NCBI GenBank assembly: GCA_951406725.2
Contig: OX597823.1
Coordinates: 32,178,001-32,242,000, forward strand
From: Octopus vulgaris
Lineage: Eukaryota
Direction: 5' to 3'
Length of the DNA stretch: 64,000 nucleotides
The first letter of the stretch is position 1. Each line of letters starts with the position of its first letter. The translations under genes and the position numbers were made by a program. The notes under the pieces are model-generated. The model searched no databases. It was not told the origin of the DNA and saw only the letters and a program-made list of their open reading frames with translations. Shown here piece after piece: positions 50,872 through 63,329 of this stretch.

Positions 50872-51382
50872 ATCATCATCATCGTTTAATGTTTGTTTTC
50901 CATGCTGACATGGGTTGGACGATTCGACTGGGGTCTGGAAAGCCAGAAGGCTGCACCAGGCCCCAATGTGATCTGATAGTGTTTCAACAGCTGGATGCCC
51001 TTCCTAATGCCAACAACTCAGAGAGCGTAGAGGGTGCTTTTTACATATCACCAGCAAGGGGCCAGAGGAGCTGGCATCGACCATGATTGGATGGTGCTTT
51101 TTACGTGCCACCAGCACAGAAGCCAGTCAAAGCGGCACTAGCAGCAGCCACCTTTGGATGGTGCCCTTTATATGCTACTGGCACGGGGGTCACAGCTACA
51201 ATTTCCATTTGATTTGATTTTGATATTGCTGTTGGTGTTGATGTACTTAACTCAATAGGTCTCCTCAAGCACGGCATGTCGCCCTACGATCCAAGGTACT
51301 ATTGAGTGGGCTGGTTACATGACACTGGTGTAGGTTACAGCTGTGGACTCACTTTATTTGCCAGGTCTTCTCAGTCACAGTC
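50872..51382 (-). mobile_element. RTE-type LINE 3' end (family C tail)
   Basis: Reverse complement of the 20790-21212 and 12730-13310 tails. Confidence 0.8.
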
Positions 51383-53458
51383 AATTAATAATAAAAGAAG
51401 TTTCAAAATAATAACGACTGAAATTTTTTGAAATTTTAGCTAATCAGATTCGTTCATTCTCAACATTACAGAAATTCATAATTTGTTATTTGTGCTTACT
51501 CCCAAACCAACAAGATGAAGCTATCATGGGCATTGGGTTAGTTTGATGGTTTAGAGCTGGAGTTTAGGGTGTAGGATTGGGGTTTGCTATGCATCATAAA
51601 AGTTTCGTTGTAAATGTTAATGTGTCATTTTCTTTCATTAAATATTTTCATCTTCAAAGGTTTTGTTCAAAACAACAAGCTGTAATTTTCATAACAGCAC
51701 ATCTTGAAGGAAAAGCTAAAAACATGACACTTTCCATAATGTCACTAAGGCATATTGAAAGTGGATGCAACTGGTTAGCTAAAATTACAAAACATTTCAA
51801 TCTTTAAAGGTTTATATTCAACAGCACAGCTGATGGGTGGTGGCCAATTGGGGCAGTCCACCTCAGGTGGCACTTTTATGGGAACAATGCTTTTGGGACT
51901 ACTGAATGCATACATACATACATACATACGTGAAGACAGTTGCATCAAGAAGTGCCAATCTTTTGTTGTGGAGGGAATGTGTGGAAGGGGTAGACCCAGG
52001 AAGACATGGGACAAAGTGGTAAGATAAGATCTTCACATGTTGGGCTTCACTGAGGGAATGACAGGGGACTGAGACTTCTGGCAGTTTGCTGTGATTGAGA
52101 AGGCATGTCAAGCTAAGCCTGTATAGGAAGCGATGTGACGGGGGGTGGATTCAAAGGCTACTCTGAGTTTCACACAATTTATCAATGTCACCATTTATAT
52201 TATTAATTTTTCTCAAAAAAATTATTGTGATTTTCATAATTGGTCTGAAAAAATGTATAAAAATCAGATCCTGTTTATCAAAATGAAAAGAATTTTGAAT
52301 TCTCCAATTCACCAGTTCAGACCAAAATTCTCACAAAACAAATTTTTAAAAACTGAAATATATCATAGCATAACATGTTACAATAAACACATTATAATAC
52401 ACTAAATTACCAATTGTATCAAAGAGAAATTTATGCCATGTTTGGATCTAGAAATAATCTTTAGATAGGTAGACATTTAAAATTCTTTTATCATGAATTT
52501 GTTTCTTAGAATAAAACTAATCGATAAATATATTAATGCAAGAGAATATATATAACCAATAGAAAAAGGTATGACAGGGAAAAACTGGGAAGTTAAGAAG
52601 TTCATTTTGCAACCAGATGGTTTGGGGTTCAGTTCCATGGCATGGCACCTTAGGCAAGTGTCTTCTACAATAATATTGCCCAACCCATGCCAGGATGGAA
52701 AATGAACATTAAATGGTGATGATGATGATGATGTATTTATGTGTGCCTTTGTACTTGTGCTTGTCCTCCTCCTCTGCTTGACAGCCAGTGTTGGTTTGTT
52801 TGCTTCCCAGTAACTAAGCAGGTAGGCAAAACAGACTGATAGAATAAGTAGTAGTTTTCAAAAAAAAAAATAAATAAATAAGAATAATAAGTACTAGAGT
52901 TGATTTATTCAACTAAAACTCTGCAAGGCAGTGCCCCAGCATGGCCAAAGGATCAAAAGAGAGATAGTTTATTTCTAACTATATTATAGTTCTCATGGCA
53001 TTCAGAATTTATTCAAACATTCTATTAAATAGCGCTGTATTAAAACAAACTAACTTACATATCAGCTGTGGCGTTTGTGTTGTTAATACAAGAGAGGACC
53101 ACCTAAATGTTTCCGTTAGTTAATAATATTAAAAAAAAAGGACGCTCACTTTATCATGTAATTGCTTAAACTTCTACTGCTTAACCAGTGATAGTGACAC
53201 TTTCATTTGTAAAACCTAGATAACCAAAAGGTCAGCTTAAGCATTTCAAATTGCACTTAATTGCAATTAACATATATGTTAAATTATGTAACGGCTGTCC
53301 TATACATTCACTAAAAAACTTTAATATTAAGTGACATTCACAGCATACAAAATACACAGGTGGCAGGGCACTCCTTGAGCTAGAACCACTGCACATAAAC
53401 ATATCTATATAAACATTTCAGTACATAAGAAGCTCATATATATGTGTTTGTGTGTATG

Positions 53459-53507
<49 letters not shown>

Positions 53508-53605
53508 GCACATAAGAAGCTCATATGTGTATATATATATATACATATATGTGTGTGAGTGTGTGTTTGTGTCTATCTATCTATCTATCTATATCTATCT
53601 ATCTA

Positions 53606-53641
<36 letters not shown>

Positions 53642-53642
<1 letters not shown>

Positions 53643-54998
53643 GAGGCCTGGGCATGCCGTGGTTGATGATGCGCAGACACGCGCTGAGACTGCGACATCT
53701 CTGGCTCTATGTAGACGACGGTGAACAGGTGTGGTCGCCGTTTGTGAGGCACGCTTTCCCGCAGCTCGTCTCCATGACCGAACTGCAGTCGTGGATCAAA
53801 AAGAGGCCGAGGAAGGGCGATTGGCACCGCGAGTGTCGCGTTGCTCTCAAGCAACTCTGCCGTCCCGGGTCGACCTTGAGTGACTTCAACACAACCAAAG
53901 CATTCTATAGGGGATTAGTGGAGGGGAGGTACGACGACGAGCTCGGGGCGAACCTGGACGTCGACGAGGAGTACCTGACCCGCCTGTTCAGGACGACTTT
54001 CGGGCCAGGGCCCATGGACAACTTCCAGAGATCCCTGGCCTGGCAGTGCTACCGAGAAGCGCTACCCGTTCGGGATAAGCTCTACAGACACGGCTCGAGA
54101 AACACGGGGCCGACCTGCCCGAGATGCGGTCAGAGCGACGAAACCGTTCTGCACGCACTCGTGCAGTGTCCAACAATTTCCGACCTGTGGGCTTATGTCG
54201 AACAACTGCTGTCATGTGTGGGATGAGTCAGTTTATCAGCTGAGTCTATCGTCAATATTGTCACGCCTCATTCCTTCAAACGGGAAGGAAGAGCTATTTT
54301 CATCATCCTTGTGGCTATGGCGAAAGAATGTATCTGGTGGACGTGTCTGAAAGGATTGGAGACAAACACTTTCCTCTCTGGTCAATCTCTCATCAACTTC
54401 TTCAAGTACCACTTGAAAAGGAAAGTGAGAGTAGAGAGGCAAGTTTTGTCTAGCGAATGTTTTAAAAAAAGATGGGTGAATGTAGCAAGGATGGCACGTA
54501 TGAATGACGAAGCCACCTTGAGCATAATCCTATGAACCCAGAAATTGAAAACAGAGGGTTACCCACTTGCAAACAAATGTGGTAACATATAACAATATTG
54601 ACCAAGGTTACCGTGGTCTTTTTCGTAGGCTTTTCTTCCCACGGATAAACCTTACTTGCTTTCCCCTTTACACCATATATCATAACACTGTGATACACGA
54701 TCCCTATTGATCGTTCTTTTTTTTCCTCTTCCCCTTTTTTTCCCCTTTTTTCTTCTTTTTTCATTTCTCTTTCCTTTTGTTCCCTTTCCTTTTCTTTTTT
54801 TTTCTTTTTATTCTTTTAATTTTATTCAATTTTTTTTTTTTTGTTCTTTTCTTCCCTTTTACGATCCCTCTTGATCGAAAACCTACGCCACCCCCCTTTT
54901 TTTTTCTTTTGTTTTTTGTTCTCTTCATCCCCCAAAAGAAAAGCTCTACCTTGTAACTTGTCCCATCTGTGTGCAGCCCTGTGTGGCCAATAAAGAAA
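53642..54998 (+). mobile_element. 5'-truncated Tx1/L1-clade LINE (ORF2 C-terminus with zf-RVT), GC-rich
   Basis: WQCYREALPVRDKLYRHG...TCPRCGQSDETVLHALVQCP (CCHC zf-RVT). The frame continues past one TGA to ...FKKRWVNVARMARM...IIL* (54535). T-rich 3' UTR, then aataaagaaa. Inserted between (TCTA)n and (TA)n. Confidence 0.85.
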
Positions 54999-54999
54999 C

Positions 55000-55058
<59 letters not shown>

Positions 55059-55081
55059 ATCATATATATATATATACACAT

Positions 55082-55900
55082 ATAATCATAGCAATAATTC
55101 TAGGATGGAATTTATAAATATTTAATACACCACTATGTACTAGAAAATTACAATTTTTAAATCTGTCAACGAGAGATATTCAGCAACAGTACTTTGGAGT
55201 AAAATTTGTTTGCCATCATGACATGGCAGTCCTGGTTTAGGACGAATGTTGCTGTAATTTAGCCCCAGGAGACATTGTCTCCAGCTGGCTATATGACACG
55301 ATCTGTGTCCTTATGTTTTCGAACAAGGGAATCTAGCACTCCCACTCAGCTCAAAACAATATCTGTGTATTGCGATGTCTCCTGGAGCTAAATTACAGCA
55401 ACATTCACCCGTGTTATGTCAGCAAACAATCTTCACTACATCGCTATGTATTTTTCCATAAATCACATGATTTTGACATCAGAGTCAGTATCTTTGGGAT
55501 CTTGGGATTGGTACAGCATAGTCCGTATTATGTGTAAGCATGTGGTTGATCATCATCATAGGTTCATTTCATCAGGCGATAATTATTGGATGAATCACAG
55601 AGGGATGTTCATCCCTTCCTGCCAATATGAAGGCCAATCTGACTATATAGCCAGATTAGCCTTCATATTGGCAGGAAGGGCTAAACATCCCTCTGTGATT
55701 CATCCAATAATTATTGCCTGATGAAATGAACCTATGATGATGATCAACCACATGCTCACACATAATAAGGGCTATGCTGTACTGATCTACTGATCCCAAG
55801 GACACGGACTCTGGTGTTAAAATCATGTGCTTTGTGAAAACTTACATAGTGATGTATTAAATATTTGTAAATTTCATCCCAGAATTATTGTTATTGTTAT
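55082..55900. mobile_element. Large palindromic element (loopless 420-bp core 55437-55856) with a nested hairpin element in its left arm
   Basis: Centre ctatatag at 55643-55650. The outer arm 55082-55139 mirrors 55843-55900. Confidence 0.8.
55126..55450. mobile_element. Second copy of the 21.6 kb hairpin-plus-tail family, with 14-bp direct repeat
   Basis: ggcagtcctggtttaggacgaatgttgctgtaatttagccccaggagac is shared with 21611-21660. tacaccactatgta (55126-55139) and tacatcgctatgta (55437-55450) flank it. Confidence 0.8.
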
Positions 55901-56057
55901 ATTTATCCTACATTATATCGGTATGACCATGATGCAACCCTAAAAAACTGACTCACTGGTCAGTATCATTAGACAGTAGCCAGCATAATGATATAAGAGC
56001 TTTATTTGCATACCCTTAACGTTACCTTTAGTGAATTTGAAAGATATACATATCTAA

Positions 56058-56651
56058 AAGCAAAAATGCTTGTTCTAAAGTCTCTCTAAGAGATCAATGT
56101 AATAGTTGTAGTAACAAGTAATGTTTGTAGCCACTTCAACATGGCTGTTTGTTCGAACAGACTTTACTGTGATTTTTTAACCCCAAGAGGACATCTCATC
56201 TAGCTGGTTAATGATGCATCTGATATATTGCGAGTAGGGGAGCGAACCCCTACCACCTTCTAGCGACAGGACCAGCATACCAGCCTGGTTTGGGGCTATT
56301 TCTGCCTCTCTTCAATACTGGACACCTCGTCTGCTTGAGATGGTAGTAGTTTGCCTCTGCTTGCAATATATATGATTTCAAGCAACACAGTCACTGATTT
56401 TGCAACAAGCAAAAATGCTACTTCTAAAGTCTTTATAAGGGATCAATGCAGTAGTTGTACTATCAAGTAATGTTTGTAGCCACTTCAACATGGCTGTCCA
56501 TTTGAAGGGTTCACTCCCCTGCTTGCAATATATCAGATGCAGCTGTGCATCATTAACCAGCTACAGAAGATATCCTCTTGTGGATTAAAAAAAATCGCAG
56601 GAAAGTCCATTCGAATGGACAGCCATATTGTAGTGGCTTTGAACATTACTT
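56058..56651. mobile_element. Composite element with both direct and inverted terminal repeats
   Basis: About 56058-56155 is repeated directly at about 56408-56505. About 56115-56250 is inverted at about 56508-56651. Confidence 0.65.
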
Positions 56652-57935
56652 ATACATATATAGGGAGAATTCACAAAAAAACAAAAGACGAAGACAGGTG
56701 GTGTAGACAACAAACAGATGTATTAGTATAACGCTCGGGAAGTGAAAAAGTCTTTTAACATTTCGAGCCTATGCTCTTCCATAGAAAGGAACACAAAGAA
56801 ACAAGGAGAGAAAATAAAGAATGTATAGTGGCTAGTGATCTATCATGATACATACATACATTCATACATACATACATACATACATACATACATACATACA
56901 TACATACATACAGGCACAGGCTTCAGTATATACTAAGAAGTTTGCTTCTCAACCACTTGGGTCTGGGTTCAGTCCGATTGTGAGGCACCTTGGTCAAGTG
57001 TCTTCTACTACAGCTCCAGGCCAACCAAAGTCTTGTGAGTAGATTTGATAGATGGAGACTGAAAAACACTTGTTGCATATATATATATGAATATATATAT
57101 ATGAATATATATATATTTGAATGCCACGCATCCTCTTCCAAGTAAGTTTTATCTTAATAATTCTGATGCACACTCTGTATGTTCTTTTTACTCTTTTGTT
57201 TCACTCTCTTATTCTTTTACCTCCTCTTCTCCCACTATTCTATCCTATTACTTTGTTACTCTCTTTCCCTCATTCCTCCTCCCTTGCTCATGTGGCTCCC
57301 ACGTGACCATTGGCCATCTTTTTTCTCCTTCTAACTTGTGTTTCTTTCTTTCTCTCTGTTGTAGCTGGAACAAGGAAGACATGTTCAAGCTTGATTTACG
57401 CGTTTGCCAAAATAAGCAGGAAGCAGCCCTTCCTGCTTGTTTTCACTGTCCTGTTTGTGTTACCAATTTTGACCCTCTGCAAAATCCCAAATTTTATTTA
57501 ATTTGCCTTGCAGGAGCAACTATTTTATTGAAAGCGTATATTGTTGTTAAATGCTCGAAATACGAGACTAGAAAAACAGCCAACAACTGATGAAGGGTCG
57601 TTCTTTATGTTGTTTGTCTTGTTTTCCATTTGTGTCTTTCATTGTTCAAAAAAATAGTTCATATTCCATGTACTCATACTTTGTATTTTTTGTTGTACAC
57701 GTTTCATGACGTCCTGTGCCCACATATGCATATATATATATATATATATATATACTCTAATTTTGTAGTATTAATTTACGGTAATATTATTACCTTTACC
57801 CATATAATACATTTGATGAACTGATTGTTTGACAATTTTTAACATCTATGTATTAATCTTGTTGGGTACCTATCTGGCAGTATATTGGATATATATTATC
57901 CCATTGTGGGTTGAATTTTCAACCCCTATCTCATT

Positions 57936-57977
<42 letters not shown>

Positions 57978-58083
57978 GATGTAAGTATGTACATATATGT
58001 ATGCATATATGCATATATATGTTATCATTTCCCTTGCCAGAATATCATTGGCTAATTTGGCTAACTTTCTGCCAAGTTAACTT

Positions 58084-58165
<82 letters not shown>

Positions 58166-58217
58166 TTTATATTATTCTGTGATTGAAAGCCACGCATCCT
58201 TTTCCAAGTTTTATCGA

Positions 58218-58257
<40 letters not shown>

Positions 58258-58274
58258 TTTTTTCATTTTCAATC

Positions 58275-58660
58275 ACTTGTTTCAGTCATTTGACTGTTGC
58301 CATGCTGAAGCATTGCCTTTAGTCAAGGAAATCGACCCCAGGACTTATTCTTTGTAAGCCTAGTACTTATTCCATCAGTCTCTTTTGCTGAACCGCTAAG
58401 TTACGGGGACGTAAACACACCAGCATCGGTTGTCAAGCGATGTTGGGGGAGGATGGCAAACACAACACACAAACATACACATATATATATACATATGACG
58501 GGCTTCTTTCAGTTTCCGTCTACCAAATTCATTCAAAAGGCTTTGGTCGGCCCAAGGCTATAGTAGAAGACACTTGCCCAAGGCACCACGCAGTGGGACT
58601 GAACCCAGAACCATGTGGTTCGTAAGCAAGCTACTTACCACACAGCCACTCCTACACCTA
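58275..58660 (-). mobile_element. SINE family A, full length
   Basis: Reverse complement of 59270-59675. Confidence 0.85.
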
Positions 58661-59269
58661 TATATATTTAATGTATTCATGGATAATTAATGGGTGGGAT
58701 GTGGTGGTGAAAAAGGAGCAAGAACACTTGAAATATGCATATACACTCATTACCTATTTTTCTAACTTTGACCACATTGTTTACATAGACGTATTTGTAT
58801 ACAAAGCAGACAAATGTCAAGTGAGAGTAAAACAGTCAGCAATGAGTCAGCAACAACTTTAGTGTTTACAGGCAGGTGTCCATCAGTACACATTTTTCTT
58901 AATCCTCTCCTTTTTATTATAATCTTATAAACCATCACAAAAGAATTTACGATAGCTGCCTTGGAAACTCTTGAATACTGATGATTTAGCTATAGCAAAA
59001 GTTCAAAACTTGGAATTGAAAGGTCTTAGAGTAAACTTAGCAAAAACAAAGCTTTTAGTGGGAAGGGAGAAAAACAGGGCTCTGACACCATCAACATCAT
59101 CAGGTTAGTGGCCATGATCAGTAATCAGAAAAAGGACTCAGAGGAAATTCCTTATAAAGTACCCATTTTAATCAATGGATTCTCAAAGCGAATTTAGTAA
59201 AAAATGAAGAATTAGTCGGAAATGACTTTGCTTGGTATGTAGAAAAGGATTAGGTAAGAATTCCATATA

Positions 59270-59675
59270 GGCGCAGGAGTGGCTGTGTGGTAAGTAGCTT
59301 GTTTATCAACCACATGGTTCCGGGTTCAGTCCCACTGCGTGGCACCTTGGGCAAGTGTCTTCTACTATAGCCTCAGGCTGACCAAAGCCTTGTGAGTGGA
59401 TTTGGTAGACGGAAACTGAAAGAAGCCTGTCGTATATATGTATATATATATATGCATGTGTGTGTTTGTGTCTGTGTTTGTCCTCCTTGCATTGCTTGAC
59501 AACCGATGCTGGTGTGTTTATGTACCCGTCACTTAGCGGTTCGGCAAAAGAGACCGATAGAATAAGTACTGGGCTTACAAAAGAATAAGTCCCGGGGTCG
59601 AGTTGCTCGATTAAAGGTGGTGCTCCAGCATGGCCGCAGTCAAATGACTGAAACAAGTAAAAGAATAAAAGAAAA
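59270..59675 (+). mobile_element. SINE family A, full-length reference copy (tRNA head + CORE-like segment)
   Basis: A box tggctgtgtgg, B box gggttcagtcc, CORE-like ggcaccttgggcaagtgtc, internal TA/TG microsatellite, A-rich end. Inserted within an RTE remnant (about 58920-59880). Confidence 0.85.
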
Positions 59676-60040
59676 GAAGGAATAGTGTAATCAGTAAACT
59701 ATGGACACTCAGGGTGCAGTAGGTTCAAGGTTGGCTAACAGATTAAAATAAAATTCACCTGTGGCAGAAAGACAGAGTCAGTAAGTACTAAGAACACTTG
59801 AAAAATAGACACCATCTAACAGACAAGTCACTGATAAACAAGTAGTTGATAGCTTTTGTTATCTATAAGACCAAATTAGCCAGTGATATTCAGGCAAGGG
59901 AAATGATAACATTATTGCTTGTGGCTCAGTAATTTCAGAGAAGTGAAACTGTAAACATAAACACACAAACAAAAGTATGCACACACGTGTGTGTGTACAC
60001 ATGCACACACATATGCATGTACATGCACACACACACACAC

Positions 60041-60865
60041 ACAAGGTGTTTGGGCTAAATTTGATGATTTTCTTTTAATATCTCCTTTTTTTTCAGGAAC
60101 AGCTCTATGTATTGGTGAACAGTCTACAGAATTGGAGAGCATAAAGATTAAATTTGTGGTTGAGAAAAAATGAGATGACATGGAGGACTGGAAGCCATTT
60201 GAATGTTGGAAAAGATATTCCTGTATCATCATGAATCATGCTGGGTGTCAAAATGCCGACATAATGACTGCTGCTTCAATGCTCTGTGAGCATTGTAAAG
60301 GCTGTAAGATGTGACATGGACAGCCGCAGCGGAAACTATGATGCCCAGCAGAAAAAGACACAGCAAACGTTCTGACTGCATCCACATGCCAGAGTTCATC
60401 CAACAACTGCAGAACAAAGTGATGGAAGATCCAAGGAGGAGAATCCGAGCTTTGACAAGAGAGATGGGAGTTGGAGCCCCTACTATGAAGCTGGCCCTGA
60501 ATGAAGACCTTTGCAACTATTCCTACAAGAAGCACAAGGAACAAATTCCAACAGCCAAGGCCAAAAGGGAACCACTTGACAAAGGAAAAGAAGCCCCTGA
60601 ACAAGCTGAATCATCCTGTTGAGTTTGGGATGATCTGGTTACTCTCAGGTGAAAAGAATTTCTGCCGGGACTGCACAACACCCAGAACAACAAGGAGCTT
60701 ACCTACAATCCATGTAATGTCTCAAGTATTATGCAAACCAAGTTCTCCCAAACTGTGATGGTCTTTGGGTGTGTCTCCAGTGAAGGTGACATCATCTTTG
60801 AACAGAATTTTAGGCTCAATTCAGATGGTTATGTGAAGCTGTTGGAGACTGTGGTCAATCTTTGG
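60041..60865 (+). mobile_element. Tc1/mariner-superfamily (maT-like) transposon remnant
   Basis: End caaggtgtttgggctaaat. Encodes EDPRRRIRALTREMGVGAPTMKLALNEDL (HTH), IWLLSGEKNF (compare FSDEK.F) and TVMVFGCVSSEGD...RLNSDGYVKLLETVV. Confidence 0.8.
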
Positions 60866-60936
60866 TACATACACATACCTATTAATACACATGGTGGTTG
60901 TCTACTCCTTATGAAGTGTTTGACGACCTCCTGTAC

Positions 60937-61690
60937 CTACACCTTAGAATCATCATGACATCTGATGTGACGTTTTAAACCAGACAGTGTTCTGAAAAGA
61001 CACCCACATGCATTATACATCCAATTTGGATCACCAAGAGCTGCAGACAAGTTCTGATCTTTGTGTATCTTAAAATGTCTTTTGTGGCTTCTGTTAGATT
61101 TGCAAACCTTCTGGCATACATTGCATTCAAAAGTGTGCACAGATATATAGGCAGTATAACTGGTGGCAGTTTGTTTTCACAAATGGGTTCACAAATGAGA
61201 TTTGAGCCCAGCAAAAGACAGGCATGGTCTGTCATAGACTGTGCATGCAAAAAGGTCCTTCACCTTCTCGATCATAATGTTCTTCCTTAAATTTCTTTTC
61301 AGTCTTGCATGCGTTATCCTGGTCTCTTCAAATGCTTTCACTCCACTCCACACTTTTGTCCGCCATCCAACTCGATCCAAAGCAAGGGTTTCTATGACTT
61401 CTGGACCCATTCCAAGTGACTTCATAGTAGTCCTTATGCCATCCTTAAACGTTTTTGCAGGTTTACACCAAAAGCAATTCCCCTCTACAAGCTCACCATA
61501 AAACAGCTGTTTGGGCATGCGTTCATCTGCCATTCGAACAATATGGCCACACCATCTCATTTGGTTTCTCAAAATCATAGCTTTAACTGAGGTGATGCCT
61601 GCAGATGCAAGGACATCTGTGTTTGGAGTAAAAGAACTCCATTCAATGTCTAAAATGCGATGAAGGCATTTTTGGTGGAATTGTTCCATC
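60937..61690 (-). mobile_element. RTE-1-like LINE 3' end with three C2H2 zinc fingers
   Basis: EQFHQKCLHRIL...QMRWCGHIVRMADERMPKQLFYGEL...ALDRVGWR, then in the same frame FACTVYDRPCLSFAGLKSHL*TH, FECNVCQKVCKSNRSHKRHFKIH and YNACGCLFRTLSGLKRHIRCH. Confidence 0.8.
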
Positions 61691-62091
61691 AATTTATTCA
61701 TACACATATATATCTATATACATACACACGTACACACTTTTATGCATGCATATAAACATTCATACTTACACATGCATATATATATGTTGGCAAGTACAAA
61801 TACATGCACACACACACACACGCACACACAACTCTAAACTGTGTTCTTTGACAGGAGTACAGATTGTGTGTATGTAGTGTACTCTGTGAAGGAAGGATGC
61901 TGATGGGAAGAAACTCTTATGGAAGTGTTAGAAATATGGTTGAGATAGGATTACTTTGTAAAACATTCCTTTTGAGGGAGTGATTCATATTTATGTGGAA
62001 GTTAACTTGGCAGAAAATATATGTCTGAGTGACGCCCTACAGGAGGACAGACAACAGACAAATAACAAATTCATCGAAATGGAGGAATGTG

Positions 62092-62127
<36 letters not shown>

Positions 62128-62338
62128 TATATATATGTATAACATAGATAAATAAATAGATAGTTAGATAGATAGTAGATAGATAGATAAATATGAGACA
62201 GATACATACATACATACATACATGCATGCATGCATACATACATACATACATACATACATACATACATACATACATACATACATACATGCATGCATGCATG
62301 CATGCATGCATGCATGCATACATACATACATACATACA

Positions 62339-62369
<31 letters not shown>

Positions 62370-62451
62370 GAGATAGATAGATATGATAATAGATAGATAG
62401 ATAGACAGACGGATGGACAGACAGACAGACAGACAGATAGATAGATAGATG

Positions 62452-62521
<70 letters not shown>

Positions 62522-62530
62522 CAGACAGAT
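62092..62530. repeat. Compound microsatellite (CA)n, (CATA)n/(CATG)n, (GACA)n/(GATA)n
   Basis: Directly visible. Confidence 0.95.
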
Positions 62531-63329
62531 ACAAATATTATTTGTTCGTGGGTGGTGGGAAGATGAAATCACTGGCTAAGTCTTTAAGTGTTATCTTTCT
62601 TTAAGATACTGTGAATTGGTTAGCACCAGAGGATCACTGACAGATGATAAATCGTTTATATTGACTTAAACTTTGATAAAATATATATGAAGTAATTTAT
62701 ATGGCAAATAAAGATAACTGATAAGGAATTGTGGTTCTGATGAGACATCTAATCCTGCCTTCTTCCTACTGATGCATATTTTTAATGGCAGACGCAGAAT
62801 TATGAAATGGGAATGGATGGGGGTGGGCATGGATTAATAGAACTTCTGCTGATTCACATGCAAATATCTACCATACAACTCCCTCCCCTTCTCCCTTTCT
62901 CTCTCCCTTTCTCACTCATACTTTTCCTCTTTCCCTGTTTGATTCACACTTTCTCTCTCTCTCTCCTATTTCGTCTCACTATCCCTTAGCTCCCTCTTCC
63001 TTCTCCTCTCTCTTTATCTTTCTCTCGTTTTCTGTCTATTTTTTTTTATTTGTTTTGTAGTTGCTCACTCTCCTTGTCACTTTCTGTTTATCACCCTCTC
63101 TTTATCACACACACTCTCTCTAAATTTCTCTTCCTCCTCCCCTCCTCCTCCTCACACACATACACACACACACGTGCGCACGCACACACACACACACACA
63201 TGCATACAAAATCCTCATCAGTGTTGTACCCTGGGTACTCTGAAAGCTTTACATAAGACAACACATTCTTTCCTCACTTAAGACAGTAGTTTATGATTTG
63301 AGGAAGAGTTGTCTACTATTTCTCAAGGT

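Noticed and set aside
53654-54226. 190-aa GC-rich ORF as a host or horizontally acquired gene
   Set aside because: The zf-RVT motif, 5' truncation, 3' UTR and poly(A) signal identify it as a Tx1/L1 ORF2 fragment.
57586-57610. ctgatgaaggg as another hammerhead core
   Set aside because: No downstream stem II/GAAA could be paired, so the motif is incomplete.
60937-61140. Stand-alone C2H2 zinc-finger gene
   Set aside because: It is in frame with, and co-duplicated with, an RTE RT C-terminus, and no splice structure was seen.
61991-62572. Long ORFs (193 aa, 165 aa) and similar YIYI/CVCV/ERER ORFs elsewhere
   Set aside because: They are translations of microsatellites.
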